Below are positions 1-10,489 of a stretch of 64,000 bases of DNA, piece after piece. The DNA is from Oscillospiraceae bacterium (GTDB taxonomy: Bacteria > Bacillota > Clostridia > Oscillospirales > UBA929). The stretch covers positions 2,132 to 66,131 of the forward strand of contig WRIZ01000007.1 of the NCBI GenBank assembly GCA_009782475.1, in the 5' to 3' direction. Within the stretch, counting starts at the first letter, position 1; each line of letters opens with the position of its first letter. The translations under genes and the position numbers were made by a program. Under the pieces are notes generated by a model. That model saw only the letters and a list, made by a program, of their open reading frames with translations. It was not told the origin of the DNA and searched no databases.

Positions 1-537
1 ATCGCGCGCTTTTTCGTATATTTTCTGATTCTCCACCCGTTCGGCCAAAAGTTTGCATTTGGCCAAATTGACATGAGAGCAAACGGCGTAAAAGTTCCGC
101 ATGGTAAACGAGCCGTCAAGAAAATCAATTTTAACAATATCGGCGAGTGCCAGCAGCGGGTTGAGCGCGGGCCGATAACGGAGGTCGTCAAGTGCCAGTG
201 TGTAGCCCAGTTTTTTCAGGCGGCGCAGCTCCTCAATGACCTCATCCGACGGGTCTACGTCCTCTAAAACCTCAACAACCATCGTATTCGGAGGGAAATA
301 GGTGGGCACACCGTCGAGGAGGAGTTTTTGCGTAAAATTGACGAACGCCATTTTCCCGCCGGTGATATTCTCGATCCCGCGCACTTGAAACCCTTCGATC
401 ACGGCGGCGGTCGCCCTCTCCCCGTCAATAGGGTTGCCCGAATTATCGGCATGAGGGCCGCCCCGGTACAGCAATTCATAGCCGTAGAGGCGCATATTCT
501 GATCTAATATCGGCTGCCGGGCAAAATATGTCTGCAC
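1..537 (-). CDS. EAL-domain (YuxH/PdeH-like EAL-HDOD) c-di-GMP signalling protein, runs off the window edge
   Basis: Not in the ORF track. Manual translation from GTG 537 (SD GGTGGTGG) gives MQTYFARQPILDQNMRLYGYELLYRGG...AFVNFTQKLL...VVEVLED...GYTLALDD...IVKIDF...LLAERVE, the typical YuxH N-terminal EAL motifs. Confidence 0.85.
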   Translation of the reverse strand, partial: MQTYFARQPILDQNMRLYGYELLYRGGPHADNSGNPIDGERATAAVIEGFQVRGIENITGGKMAFVNFTQKLLLDGVPTYFPPNTMVVEVLEDVDPSDEVIEELRRLKKLGYTLALDDLRYRPALNPLLALADIVKIDFLDGSFTMRNFYAVCSHVNLAKCKLLAERVENQKIYEKARD

Positions 538-578
538 AGCGTTTCCACCACCCAATCATTATCTTAATATTTACAGCG

Positions 579-776
579 TTACGGTTTATCCTTCTTTTTG
601 ATAAACAGCCAATAGAGCATCAGGGTGAACACCGCGAACAGCAGCACCATGCCGAGTACCTGTTTCAGTTCGTAGGCCGCCGTCACCGCTATATACGCCG
701 ATATGGCGGACAGACCGAACAGGATCCCCATCACCGCCAGGCAAAGCCAAAAAAACCGGTTGCGTTTCTTTTTCAC
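579..776 (-). CDS. Small two-TM membrane protein (65 aa)
   Basis: GTG start with SD AAAGGGGG, basic N-terminus, two hydrophobic segments, sigma-A-like promoter upstream. Confidence 0.7.
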   Translation of the reverse strand: MKKKRNRFFWLCLAVMGILFGLSAISAYIAVTAAYELKQVLGMVLLFAVFTLMLYWLFIKKKDKP

Positions 777-799
777 GTAAATCCCCCCTTTACAATTCC

Positions 800-828
800 A
801 TTATATATCAGTCCGCTGGGAAATACAA
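800..828 (-). promoter_or_regulatory. sigma-A promoter TTGTAT-N17-TATAAT
   Basis: Near-consensus boxes with 17-bp spacer upstream of 776. Confidence 0.65.
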
Positions 829-856
829 GGTTTAGCGGGAAAAGGTTTGTTTCAAC

Positions 857-1318
857 ACCGCGGCAAACAGTGAAGAATCGCGCCCATATTGCGGCAAATG
901 CTTTGCCGAACTCCTCAACGCGGGTATCCTGCCGAACAACATACATATCTACGACATGGACGGCACCATGACGTTTGAACAGGCTATGCAATATGACGCG
1001 CTTTACGTTACGGGCGGGAATACGGCTTATCTATTACGACGCATGAAAGAAACCGGGTTTGACGGTATTGTGAAAAAGATGGTCAATGCGAACAAGGTCT
1101 ATGTGGGCGTGAGCGCGGGCAGCCTGATCGCCGCACCAAACATAGGCGATCCTTATGATAAGGATACGGCAGGACTGTGTTTGATTCACGCGTATCTTTC
1201 ATGCCATTGCCCCAAGGGGACAGAAGCACGGAAGGATTTGCCGCTGCCGCATATCCCGCTGTGTGCCGGACAAGCGTTGGCGGTCAGTTGGCAGGGATAT
1301 GAGCTGATCGAAGGGTAA
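857..1318 (+). pseudogene. 5'-truncated peptidase S51 (dipeptidase E-like, class I glutamine amidotransferase fold)
   Basis: Motifs YDALYVTGGNT and YVGVSAGS. Family-like sequence (TAANSEESRPY...FAELLNAGI) continues upstream of ATG 956 to about 857, then meets TAG 833 with no start codon or SD. Confidence 0.6.
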
Positions 1319-1323
1319 TATAA

Positions 1324-1352
1324 TTGACGCGTTGAGGTTTTTGTGGTATCTT
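1324..1352 (+). promoter_or_regulatory. sigma-A promoter TTGACG-N17-TATCTT (extended TG) for putative type I toxin mRNA
   Basis: Consensus-like boxes, 17-bp spacer, TG extension. Confidence 0.7.
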
Positions 1353-1431
1353 GGAGAAGCATGGGCGGTGTGTCGGCGGTCTTTGTCCTCCTACGCCAAG
1401 CGTAAGCTAGGCGTGAAGGAGGTGATGCCAT

Positions 1432-1506
1432 TTGAGGTACATAGTCGAGGTTAGAAAACTCTTGCAAGCCTTGACGTCCTTGATCCGCATTATTAAAACA
1501 AAGTAA
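1432..1506 (+). CDS. Putative type I toxin peptide, 24 aa MRYIVEVRKLLQALTSLIRIIKTK
   Basis: Strong SD AAGGAGGTG (1416-1424), TTG start, stop inside a hairpin, convergent antisense promoter. Too short to appear in the ORF track. Confidence 0.65.
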   Translation: MRYIVEVRKLLQALTSLIRIIKTK

Positions 1507-1586
1507 CCGCCTCCCTAGCCAAGAGCAACGGTTACTTTGTTAACCTATTAACTTGAGGCGAAGACCGTTGAGGTGCCGCCCCTCTG
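1495..1586 (-). ncRNA. Putative antisense antitoxin RNA (about 90 nt, ends approximate)
   Basis: Perfect promoter at 1592-1620 with no ORF downstream; ends at hairpin ACAAAGTAACCG...CGGTTACTTTGT followed by a U-tract on this strand. Confidence 0.65.
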
Positions 1587-1591
1587 CAATG

Positions 1592-1620
1592 ATTATAGCA
1601 GAGCGTTTAAGCATTGTCAA
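1592..1620 (-). promoter_or_regulatory. sigma-A promoter TTGACA-N17-TATAAT (extended TG)
   Basis: Perfect consensus on the minus strand. Confidence 0.85.
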
Positions 1621-1640
1621 GACATATAGGGAGGAGCAAT

Positions 1641-2153
1641 ATGAAAGAATCGGAAATGACCGCCGAAAACGCTGTGGAAATCATCAAGCTGTTAGAGCAA
1701 AACGGGATCGAAGTCTATGTTGACGGCGGTTGGGGCGTTGACGCTCTGCTCGGCGAACAGACACGCAGACACGACGACCTTGACATTGCTCTGCCCCACA
1801 GATTTGTGCCTAAACTGCGCGAGCTTTTTGAAGCCCGAGGGTATACAGATGTGCCCTGTGACGACACGCGGGATTGTAATTTCGTACTGGGCGATGATAA
1901 GGGACGCTTGATTGACGTTCATTCCTATACCTTTGACGAAAGCGGACAAAACATATTCGGCGTTGCTTATGAGCCGCATCATCTAACCGGAACAGGCGTC
2001 ATAAACGGCTATCCGATCAAATGTATCCCGCCGGACGTCATGGTCGAGTTTCATACCGGATACGAAGTGGATGAAAATGATTATCTCGACGTAAAAGCCT
2101 TATGCGAACGTTTTGAGCTTCCTTTGCCGGGTATTTACGAAACATTTGAATAA
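1641..2153 (+). CDS. Lincosamide/aminoglycoside nucleotidyltransferase (Lnu(A)/Lnu(C)/ANT(2'') family)
   Basis: Motifs VDGGWGVDALLGEQTRRHDDLDI, IDVH, FHTGYEVDENDYLDVKALCERF; SD GGAGG before ATG 1641. Confidence 0.8.
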   Translation: MKESEMTAENAVEIIKLLEQNGIEVYVDGGWGVDALLGEQTRRHDDLDIALPHRFVPKLRELFEARGYTDVPCDDTRDCNFVLGDDKGRLIDVHSYTFDESGQNIFGVAYEPHHLTGTGVINGYPIKCIPPDVMVEFHTGYEVDENDYLDVKALCERFELPLPGIYETFE

Positions 2154-2172
2154 ATATATATGGAGGTGCGAT

Positions 2173-2361
2173 ATGAAAAAGTTCGAGTACAAAGTATTAT
2201 CAATCAAAAAGGGTACATTCACTTCAACCGATAAGTATATGGCGCAATTCTCAACCGAGCTGAACGCGCTCGGAGCCGAGGGATGGGAGCTGATTGAAAT
2301 TACGGGAAACGCTTCCATAGATGGGTTTATCATTCAGGTCTTCAAACGGGAGATGGATTAA
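2173..2361 (+). CDS. DUF4177-family small protein
   Basis: MKKFEYKV...LNALGAEGWELI...VFKRE pattern; SD GGAGGTG. Confidence 0.8.
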   Translation: MKKFEYKVLSIKKGTFTSTDKYMAQFSTELNALGAEGWELIEITGNASIDGFIIQVFKREMD

Positions 2362-2409
2362 GCGTGATCCCGGCATGACTTCACTCTCTCCGCTAAGATC
2401 AGTTTACGC

Positions 2410-2438
2410 TTTACAAATACCGACTAATACCGTATAAT
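2410..2438 (+). promoter_or_regulatory. sigma-A promoter TTTACA-N17-TATAAT with AATACCG direct repeat in spacer
   Basis: Seen directly upstream of the DUF4160 gene; the repeat may be an autoregulatory operator. Confidence 0.65.
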
Positions 2439-2459
2439 AATATAGGGAGGGATGAACTC

Positions 2460-2726
2460 ATGCCTATTATTTCATCGTTTTATGGTATTGTCATCAGAAT
2501 GTATTTCAAAGACAACGAACGTCATCATTTACCGCATTTTCACGCAAAATACGGAAGTACGGCGGCTTCTTTTGACTTAGACGGCAATATGCTGGCAGGG
2601 GAGTTCCCGAATAAGCAAATGAAATATGTTGTCGCATGGGCGGATATTCACAAAGACGAACTAACCGCTTTATGGGATATTATGCAGACGGACGAGGAAT
2701 ATTTTAAGATAAAGGGGCTGGAATAA
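2460..2726 (+). CDS. DUF4160 protein (HicA-like, putative toxin)
   Basis: MPIISSFYGIVIRMYF...HHLPHFHAKYG...WADIHKDEL...W signature. Confidence 0.9.
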   Translation: MPIISSFYGIVIRMYFKDNERHHLPHFHAKYGSTAASFDLDGNMLAGEFPNKQMKYVVAWADIHKDELTALWDIMQTDEEYFKIKGLE

Positions 2727-2972
2727 ATGACGAATTATCCTGTCTTATCAGAAGTGGTTCCTCTTGATAATTATAAACTTGCGCTTACATTTGGCAGGGA
2801 TGAACGGCGTATATATGATTTTACCCCGAACTTAAATCATAAATTTTATTGTTCTTTGTCAGATATAAAACTTTTTGAGAACGTTTCGGTGGTGGATGGG
2901 GATTTAATTTGGATTACAGGTCAAGATTTTTGCCCTCACACTTTATATGAAAAGAGCATTCCTATTCCGTAA
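2727..2972 (+). CDS. DUF2442 protein (putative antitoxin partner)
   Basis: VVPLDNYKLALTF...LFENVSV...W..GQDFCPHTLYE signature; abuts DUF4160. Confidence 0.85.
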   Translation: MTNYPVLSEVVPLDNYKLALTFGRDERRIYDFTPNLNHKFYCSLSDIKLFENVSVVDGDLIWITGQDFCPHTLYEKSIPIP

Positions 2973-2983
2973 AAACAAACAAG

Positions 2984-3020
2984 AAACGGGCGGCTGTCGC
3001 ATTACAGCCGCCCGTTTTTT
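2984..3020. terminator. Bidirectional intrinsic terminator
   Basis: 14-bp stem AAACGGGCGGCTGT/ACAGCCGCCCGTTT between convergent DUF2442 and groEL. Confidence 0.85.
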
Positions 3021-3039
3021 AGTGCTTATAGCTCGTGGA

Positions 3040-4674
<1,635 letters not shown>

Positions 4675-4685
4675 CTATGTTCCTC

Positions 4686-4991
<306 letters not shown>

Positions 4992-5018
4992 TTAGCACTC
5001 AGCTCGTGAGAGTGCTAA
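4992..5018. promoter_or_regulatory. CIRCE element (HrcA operator)
   Basis: Perfect TTAGCACTC-N9-GAGTGCTAA upstream of groES. Confidence 0.97.
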
Positions 5019-5029
5019 CATGCCTATTC

Positions 5030-5058
5030 ATCATAATCGCGCCGCCTGCGAGACGCAA
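5030..5058 (-). promoter_or_regulatory. groESL sigma-A promoter TTGCGT-N17-TATGAT
   Basis: 17-bp spacing, immediately upstream of CIRCE. Confidence 0.6.
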
Positions 5059-5152
5059 ACGGCGCAATTCGGGTATATTGGAGGTTCATGGGTTATTTTC
5101 TAATGTTTTCTTCTGTTTTCTCTCAAATGCTCATGGTTACAGTTTTTTACGG

Positions 5153-6397
5153 TCAGACATTCATTACCGTTCCGATAAAGATCGGCAGATTGGTGGCGTT
5201 GTCGATGATGACGTAGACAAACGGCCTGTCGAGCCGAACCGTTTTGGGTTGAGACGGAGCCGCGCCCGCGTCTGACATAGCCACCAACGTCGCCGCTCCG
5301 GCTTTGGTGCCGAGTTCGTCCACCGAAATAAACGTCTTGTGGATGACCCTGTCAATGAAGATATTGCCGCGTGACGAAACCGCCATTTTCTCAAATTCCG
5401 CTTCATCCATGTCAAAGGCGTCGGGCATCCCAAGAGCGATCAATATGTCGTTCATGTTGACGTCATACTCATATTCAAATTTGGGCAGCGCGGCGTACAC
5501 TTCAACGTTCTGCGCGTTTTGAAGGGTTTCCAAGAATCCCGCGCCGTTCAATGACGCGATATACTCCCCGATGGAAATACCCTCGTTGGGCAGCAGGGCG
5601 GCGAAGCTGTATCCGTTTTCATACGGTTTGATAAACCCCGCTGCCAGCCCGTCTTCGAGGTATGTATACTCTGAAGAGTGCATGAAATCAGCTTTTTTCT
5701 TTGTGCCGCTAATGTCGGTAAAGTCACCTTTACGCACGTTTTCCAAATAATATACATTCTTCCATTCGGCGTCGAACACAATGGCGTTGATGAGGTATAA
5801 GACGTCATCATCGAGAATCTCTTCGAGAATTTCTTTGATCATGCCGTCGGTGTTGTCTTTGACCCAGTTGTTGACGTCTTTCAGCGTTTGGGTGTCAAAG
5901 GCCGCTTTATAAGCCGCCGCTTTGTAGTAGTCGGCGTTTGCTTGCAGGAAACCGGGCTGCACCTGCAAACGGTCTTCGTCGTCACGGAACCAAATGGAGT
6001 TGGCGATGCTCAATTTCGACTTCGCCGTACTCGGGAGGCCTTTTGTGTAACTGTACAGGGTTTCATTCAGGCTATCAATCGATAACCCGCCGCCGAGCAG
6101 GGCTTCCATTTGACGCAGAGTCTCCCCGCCCGCCCCGTTGGCCGTCATGGCCAGCGCGAGCTGCACCGAGAGCGGCGAAATCAGCGCGTTTTGATCGGCG
6201 GAAACGCTCTTCTTGAAGAGTTCGACCGCGAAATCGGCCGCGCTTCCGATGAAAGCGTCGTCAACGGGCTTGCCGTTCACTTTGTTTGAAGAGACGCCTT
6301 TCATCAAGTCGTCCGCGGCGGCTTGCACCGACGCGCAGCCCACCGCCCCGGCGAGCAGCAACGCGGCCAGTATAAGGGGAATGATCCGTTGTTTCAT
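5153..6397 (-). CDS. Serpin-family lipoprotein
   Basis: Lipobox-like AVGC; serpin motifs ISPLS, NAIVFDAEW, LPKF, hinge ELGTKAGAAT, LDRPFVYVIID. Confidence 0.93.
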   Translation of the reverse strand: MKQRIIPLILAALLLAGAVGCASVQAAADDLMKGVSSNKVNGKPVDDAFIGSAADFAVELFKKSVSADQNALISPLSVQLALAMTANGAGGETLRQMEALLGGGLSIDSLNETLYSYTKGLPSTAKSKLSIANSIWFRDDEDRLQVQPGFLQANADYYKAAAYKAAFDTQTLKDVNNWVKDNTDGMIKEILEEILDDDVLYLINAIVFDAEWKNVYYLENVRKGDFTDISGTKKKADFMHSSEYTYLEDGLAAGFIKPYENGYSFAALLPNEGISIGEYIASLNGAGFLETLQNAQNVEVYAALPKFEYEYDVNMNDILIALGMPDAFDMDEAEFEKMAVSSRGNIFIDRVIHKTFISVDELGTKAGAATLVAMSDAGAAPSQPKTVRLDRPFVYVIIDNATNLPIFIGTVMNV

Positions 6398-6421
6398 AGT
6401 GACAACCCTCCTATGGAAGGG

Positions 6422-6449
6422 TTAGACGATAAACCCACTGGAAAGTTCC
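6422..6449 (-). promoter_or_regulatory. ECF-sigma-type promoter GGAACTT-N16-TCTAA
   Basis: Reverse complement GGAACTTtccagtgggtttatcGTCTAA directly upstream of the serpin SD. Confidence 0.6.
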
Positions 6450-6452
6450 CGG

Positions 6453-7847
6453 TTACATTTTCTCCGACGACACCAGGATAAAATCGCCGCCGTTGAAGGA
6501 GAAGAGCCTGGTTTTCATCAAACCGCTGTCGGTGCTGGCGATGGCGTCTATATAAACATGGCCGTTGGCAGCAAATACATTTCTCGCGTATCCGCCGTGA
6601 GCGTCGCCGAACTCTTTGATCAATTCCGCGCCGGCATATATATCGGAAGTATTGATTCTGTAAACACTATGCGCCCCATGTTTGCCTGTCCACGGAGCGA
6701 CGTAATACATATAGTCACCGTCTATGGAAGGGACGCCGCCGCCGACGTTGTCGTACACGATCCCGTAGCTGTTTTTGAGCTGCACATTGCTCTCACTGTA
6801 CGCGGCGATTTGCGAAGATTCACCGGAAGGCAATGAGAACCTGTTTGTCACGTAATTGTTGTTGGCCGGATTCTTATACCCGGAGAGATAAAACATCGTG
6901 CCGTTATGGTTCTCTTCTATTTGGATAATGTTTACTCTGCTGCAAGCCCCGTCGTGAATGTTTTCCGCTTCTGTTCTCCTGTTTTTACCGTCCAAATCCA
7001 TGGAGCATAGGATGCTGTCTTTGTACTGATCGTCTTCCAAAACCGCGTATATCCTGCCGTTGTAGATAACCGGGGATTTAAGGGATCGCTGTATCCAATC
7101 AACCTCGTTCCGATTGTTGCGGAAATCGTCTGTTTGATTCAGCCGCGTGACCGTCCGATCGGCCAGCGACACGGCATACAGCGCGTTCCATTTAATTGTA
7201 AGGTTGTCAATGTAATTGGACTCCTCAAACGAAAGAAACAAGGTATCTTCATAGATAACAGCGTGTTTGAACGAAAAACTCTTTGAATATACCGTATCAA
7301 TCAGATTAAACGAGAACAACAAATCCCGGCTGCCGCTTTCGTAATCAAGTGAATACAGTGAAATGACGGTATCGCTGACATTCGCGCCGAGAAGGTTATA
7401 GCCGTTTGCGGCGAGAACGTGATCGGTATACGTGTTCAGCGTCTCGCCCGATTCGTTGATGCGGAGCTTCCGGTCGATGACAAAGGTTCCGTCGGCCAGC
7501 TCGATGATGGCGTTGTTTTTCGCCATCTCGGCGACAGAGCCGCTCAATTCGCCTTTCCCCAGCGCGAAGAAAGCCAAATCATCGGGGTGGGTATACGGCG
7601 GAAGCGGCGGAATCTCCGAGGGCGGGGTTTCCGATGGCGGAGCCTCGGAGGGGGTGATCACCGGGGAAGGCTCGGGCAGCTTAGAAGGTTCGGACGACGG
7701 GGTGCTCAAATCAGGCGTTTCTCTTTTCCACCATCCGTTCGGGCTTTCATTCGGGTCGGAGGAATCGCACGCGGCAGACAAGAGCGCAAGCAAACAAGCC
7801 AGTGATACGGCAAACAGTCTTTTCATCTTCACAACTCTCTTTTTCAA
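6453..7847 (-). CDS. Lipoprotein with Pro/Ser/Glu linker and probable beta-propeller (DUF5050-like) domain
   Basis: Lipobox LSAAC, EPSP/ETPP linker, SMDLDGKNR and DGDYMYY repeats; start may be the second Met (MKRLF). Confidence 0.7.
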   Translation of the reverse strand: MKKRVVKMKRLFAVSLACLLALLSAACDSSDPNESPNGWWKRETPDLSTPSSEPSKLPEPSPVITPSEAPPSETPPSEIPPLPPYTHPDDLAFFALGKGELSGSVAEMAKNNAIIELADGTFVIDRKLRINESGETLNTYTDHVLAANGYNLLGANVSDTVISLYSLDYESGSRDLLFSFNLIDTVYSKSFSFKHAVIYEDTLFLSFEESNYIDNLTIKWNALYAVSLADRTVTRLNQTDDFRNNRNEVDWIQRSLKSPVIYNGRIYAVLEDDQYKDSILCSMDLDGKNRRTEAENIHDGACSRVNIIQIEENHNGTMFYLSGYKNPANNNYVTNRFSLPSGESSQIAAYSESNVQLKNSYGIVYDNVGGGVPSIDGDYMYYVAPWTGKHGAHSVYRINTSDIYAGAELIKEFGDAHGGYARNVFAANGHVYIDAIASTDSGLMKTRLFSFNGGDFILVSSEKM

Positions 7848-8806
7848 TATAACTTCGGCAGTTTGTCCAGCGTCACGGCATACTCATGCCGGTAGGAATC
7901 CCGCAGGACGTCGCGGTCGGTCTGCTCCCGGCAGACGCTTTTGCTCCATGTCATAAACCATGTCCACGGGATGCGTGTTTCGGCCAGCCGCTCCATACTG
8001 GGCAGCGGGCCGGTTTCACCCAGCGCGGCTATTTTATCGGTTGGGGTGACGGCTTTCAGCTCGGCGTAATGCTCTGCGTAATCGCTGTGGACGGGCGGCT
8101 TTAAGTAGACGTCGCGCGAGATGACGTCGCAGAAATCATCCCCCACATACCCCTCTTTTAGCGGTGAGTTCCAAACCCAAATCAGGTTATGCAGGGCGTG
8201 GCGTTGTGTAAACCGCTCAAACATAGCTTGGTACAGCCCGCGCGCCGTTTCCGCCCCTTTGCTGCCCCACCAAAACCAGCTGCCTTCGGCCTCGTGGAAA
8301 GGCCGCCACAGAATGGGGACACCTTTCTCCGCAAACGGTTTTAGCAATTCGGCCATCACGTCGAGGTCGGAAATAAACGCCGCTTGTTCCGGCGTGCCGT
8401 CGGTTAAGGCCAGCCGCGCGTCGAAGGGGGTTTTCTCCTGATAAAAGGCTTTACCCGCGCCGCCGAGCGGCGAAAACCAATGCCATGTAAACGTGATCAA
8501 TCCTTTGCGTTCCGCCCATTCCCACGCTTTTTCAAGGGTGCGCTTATTTGCTTCCACCTCGTCGAGGCATTCCCGGTCGCTGTCTTTCGTATTGATGTTG
8601 GGCGAGTAGGCCAGCAGTTCAAACCCGCACAGGGCGGGCTCCAGCCCCCCGGTCACTTCACGGATGTAAGCAAGCTCTTCCTGCGCCATCGTTTGGGTGT
8701 GCTGACCCATGATGATGCCCTTTCCGCGCAAACCGGAAAGGAATTGCAATATGGCTTTCGATTCATCCGACGCTTGCGGATTGCAGGGGTTGTATGGTAT
8801 ACTCAT
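7844..8806 (-). CDS. Glycoside hydrolase family 26 (beta-mannanase-like), no signal peptide
   Basis: WRPFHEAEGSWFWWG (acid/base), LHNLIWVWN, IAALGETG (nucleophile); SD GGAGG before ATG 8806. Confidence 0.9.
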   Translation of the reverse strand: MSIPYNPCNPQASDESKAILQFLSGLRGKGIIMGQHTQTMAQEELAYIREVTGGLEPALCGFELLAYSPNINTKDSDRECLDEVEANKRTLEKAWEWAERKGLITFTWHWFSPLGGAGKAFYQEKTPFDARLALTDGTPEQAAFISDLDVMAELLKPFAEKGVPILWRPFHEAEGSWFWWGSKGAETARGLYQAMFERFTQRHALHNLIWVWNSPLKEGYVGDDFCDVISRDVYLKPPVHSDYAEHYAELKAVTPTDKIAALGETGPLPSMERLAETRIPWTWFMTWSKSVCREQTDRDVLRDSYRHEYAVTLDKLPKLY

Positions 8807-8868
8807 AAAATCCATCCTCCGTTAAGAGGATACTATATCATGTAAACCACGAAGAGGCAAGGTGTCGC

Positions 8869-9669
8869 ATGGCTTATTCATTCCGGCTGTATTCCATGAT
8901 CGTCTCCAAAGAAGCGCGGCGTTTCTTTACATACCGGGCCAACATCCTCGCGGGATGCCTGACGGCCTTTTTTACGCTGGCCGCGCGCTACGCGCTGTGG
9001 TCGGCTTTGTTCGCCACGGGGAACGCGCAGGGGTCTTCTTTTACGGAGACAATGACCTATTTTGTCCTCTACGATATTTTAATGATTTGGGCGGAATCAC
9101 GGTACAATTCCATGATCGGCGCGGATATACGCTCCGGGGACATCGTGCAAAAGCTGACCAAACCCTGTCCGTATCATTTACAGCTTGTGGCCGCTTTCCA
9201 CGCCACCTCGCTGACGTCAACGCTGACGCGCGCGCTGCCGATGCTGGCCGCCGCGCTGGCGTTTATCGGGCTTCTGCCGCCGGTATCGGTGACCGCCCTG
9301 TTTGCTTTTATCCTTGCCGCGGTACTCGGGATGGTCATCTATTCCTTGGTGGACTTCATCGTCAGTTATACCGCCTTTTGGCTGACCGACTACTGGTATC
9401 TCGGCTGGCTTATGGTCGCCATCTTCCTGCTGTTTGGCGGCATTGCCCTGCCATTGTGGTTTTACCCCGATTGGCTGCGCGTGATTTGCGATTATCTGCC
9501 GTTTCAATACGCGGTTTTCAAGCCGGTGGCGATTTACCTCGGGCGCGTCGCTGCCGGGGAGATCGCTTTTACCATCGCCATGCAGCTGTTTTGGATTGCC
9601 GTGCTGTTTGTGATCGAACGGCTTGTTTGGCGGCTGGCGCAGCGTAAATTGACGGTTCAAGGGGGTTGA
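8869..9669 (+). CDS. ABC-2 family (DUF990-type) transporter permease
   Basis: Multi-TM; IRSGDI...L.KP and PLWFYPDWL...LPF motifs; ends VQGG. Confidence 0.88.
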   Translation: MAYSFRLYSMIVSKEARRFFTYRANILAGCLTAFFTLAARYALWSALFATGNAQGSSFTETMTYFVLYDILMIWAESRYNSMIGADIRSGDIVQKLTKPCPYHLQLVAAFHATSLTSTLTRALPMLAAALAFIGLLPPVSVTALFAFILAAVLGMVIYSLVDFIVSYTAFWLTDYWYLGWLMVAIFLLFGGIALPLWFYPDWLRVICDYLPFQYAVFKPVAIYLGRVAAGEIAFTIAMQLFWIAVLFVIERLVWRLAQRKLTVQGG

Positions 9670-9673
9670 TGCT

Positions 9674-10474
9674 GTGAAGACGGTGAAAATGTTTGCCAAA
9701 ATCGTGCGTTACCGTTTCAGCGCGCTGGTCGAATATCCCGGTTCGTTTTTGGCCGGGGTGGTGGCGCAATGGCTCAACTACGGGATACAAATGCTGATGA
9801 CATTCCTGATGGTTTGGAATTTCGGAACACTGGCCGGCTTTCTGCCCGAAGAGGTCATCTTTGTCTATGCGATATGGCTTCTCTCTTACGCCATCGGCGC
9901 GTCGTTCACATTCAACGTATGCAGGTCTTTCCCGCAAATGGCCATCGACGGCACATTGGACGAAGCGTTTGTGCGCCCGATGCCGCCGTTCGCCTATCTG
10001 CTGGCCACCAACTACAACCTCGCTTATATCTCCCATGTGACCATCACGCTCGCCGCGCTGATCGTCAGCATCAGCCGTTTGGGCATCACATGGACGGCTC
10101 TCCAGTGGGTATGGCTGGTCATCCTCGTCATCGCTGGCGCGGTCATCCAGGGTTGTATGATGCTGATTTGCGACATGCCCGCCCTGCGCACCCGCTCCCA
10201 GTCTCCGACCGGCATGTTTTATTGGGAGATCAACTGGCATTTTATGAGATACCCGATCAATATATATCCCAGGCCGTTTCAGCTGATTTTCACGTCCATT
10301 CTGCCGTTCGGGTTTATCAGCTTCTACCCTGTGCAGGCTCTTTTAGGCAAACAGGAAGGGATCCTGCCCGTCGTCATGGTTTGGATGTCGCCTGTCGCGG
10401 CGGGTTTGCTGATATTGATCACAGCGGTCTGCTGGCATAGGGTAACGAACAGATACGAAAGCGCGGGCACATGA
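9674..10474 (+). CDS. ABC-2 family transporter permease
   Basis: DGTLD..FVRP, YPINIYP, ends RYESAG. Confidence 0.88.
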   Translation: MKTVKMFAKIVRYRFSALVEYPGSFLAGVVAQWLNYGIQMLMTFLMVWNFGTLAGFLPEEVIFVYAIWLLSYAIGASFTFNVCRSFPQMAIDGTLDEAFVRPMPPFAYLLATNYNLAYISHVTITLAALIVSISRLGITWTALQWVWLVILVIAGAVIQGCMMLICDMPALRTRSQSPTGMFYWEINWHFMRYPINIYPRPFQLIFTSILPFGFISFYPVQALLGKQEGILPVVMVWMSPVAAGLLILITAVCWHRVTNRYESAGT

Positions 10475-10489
10475 AGGGGGGAACTAACG

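Noticed and set aside
1425-1454. ATG-started 9-aa ORF MPFEVHSRG as the toxin
   Set aside because: The ATG abuts the SD; TTG 1432 has workable spacing and ends in the hairpin.
857-2972. Integron cassette array
   Set aside because: No attC-like RYYYAAC...GTTRRRY palindromes and no integrase.
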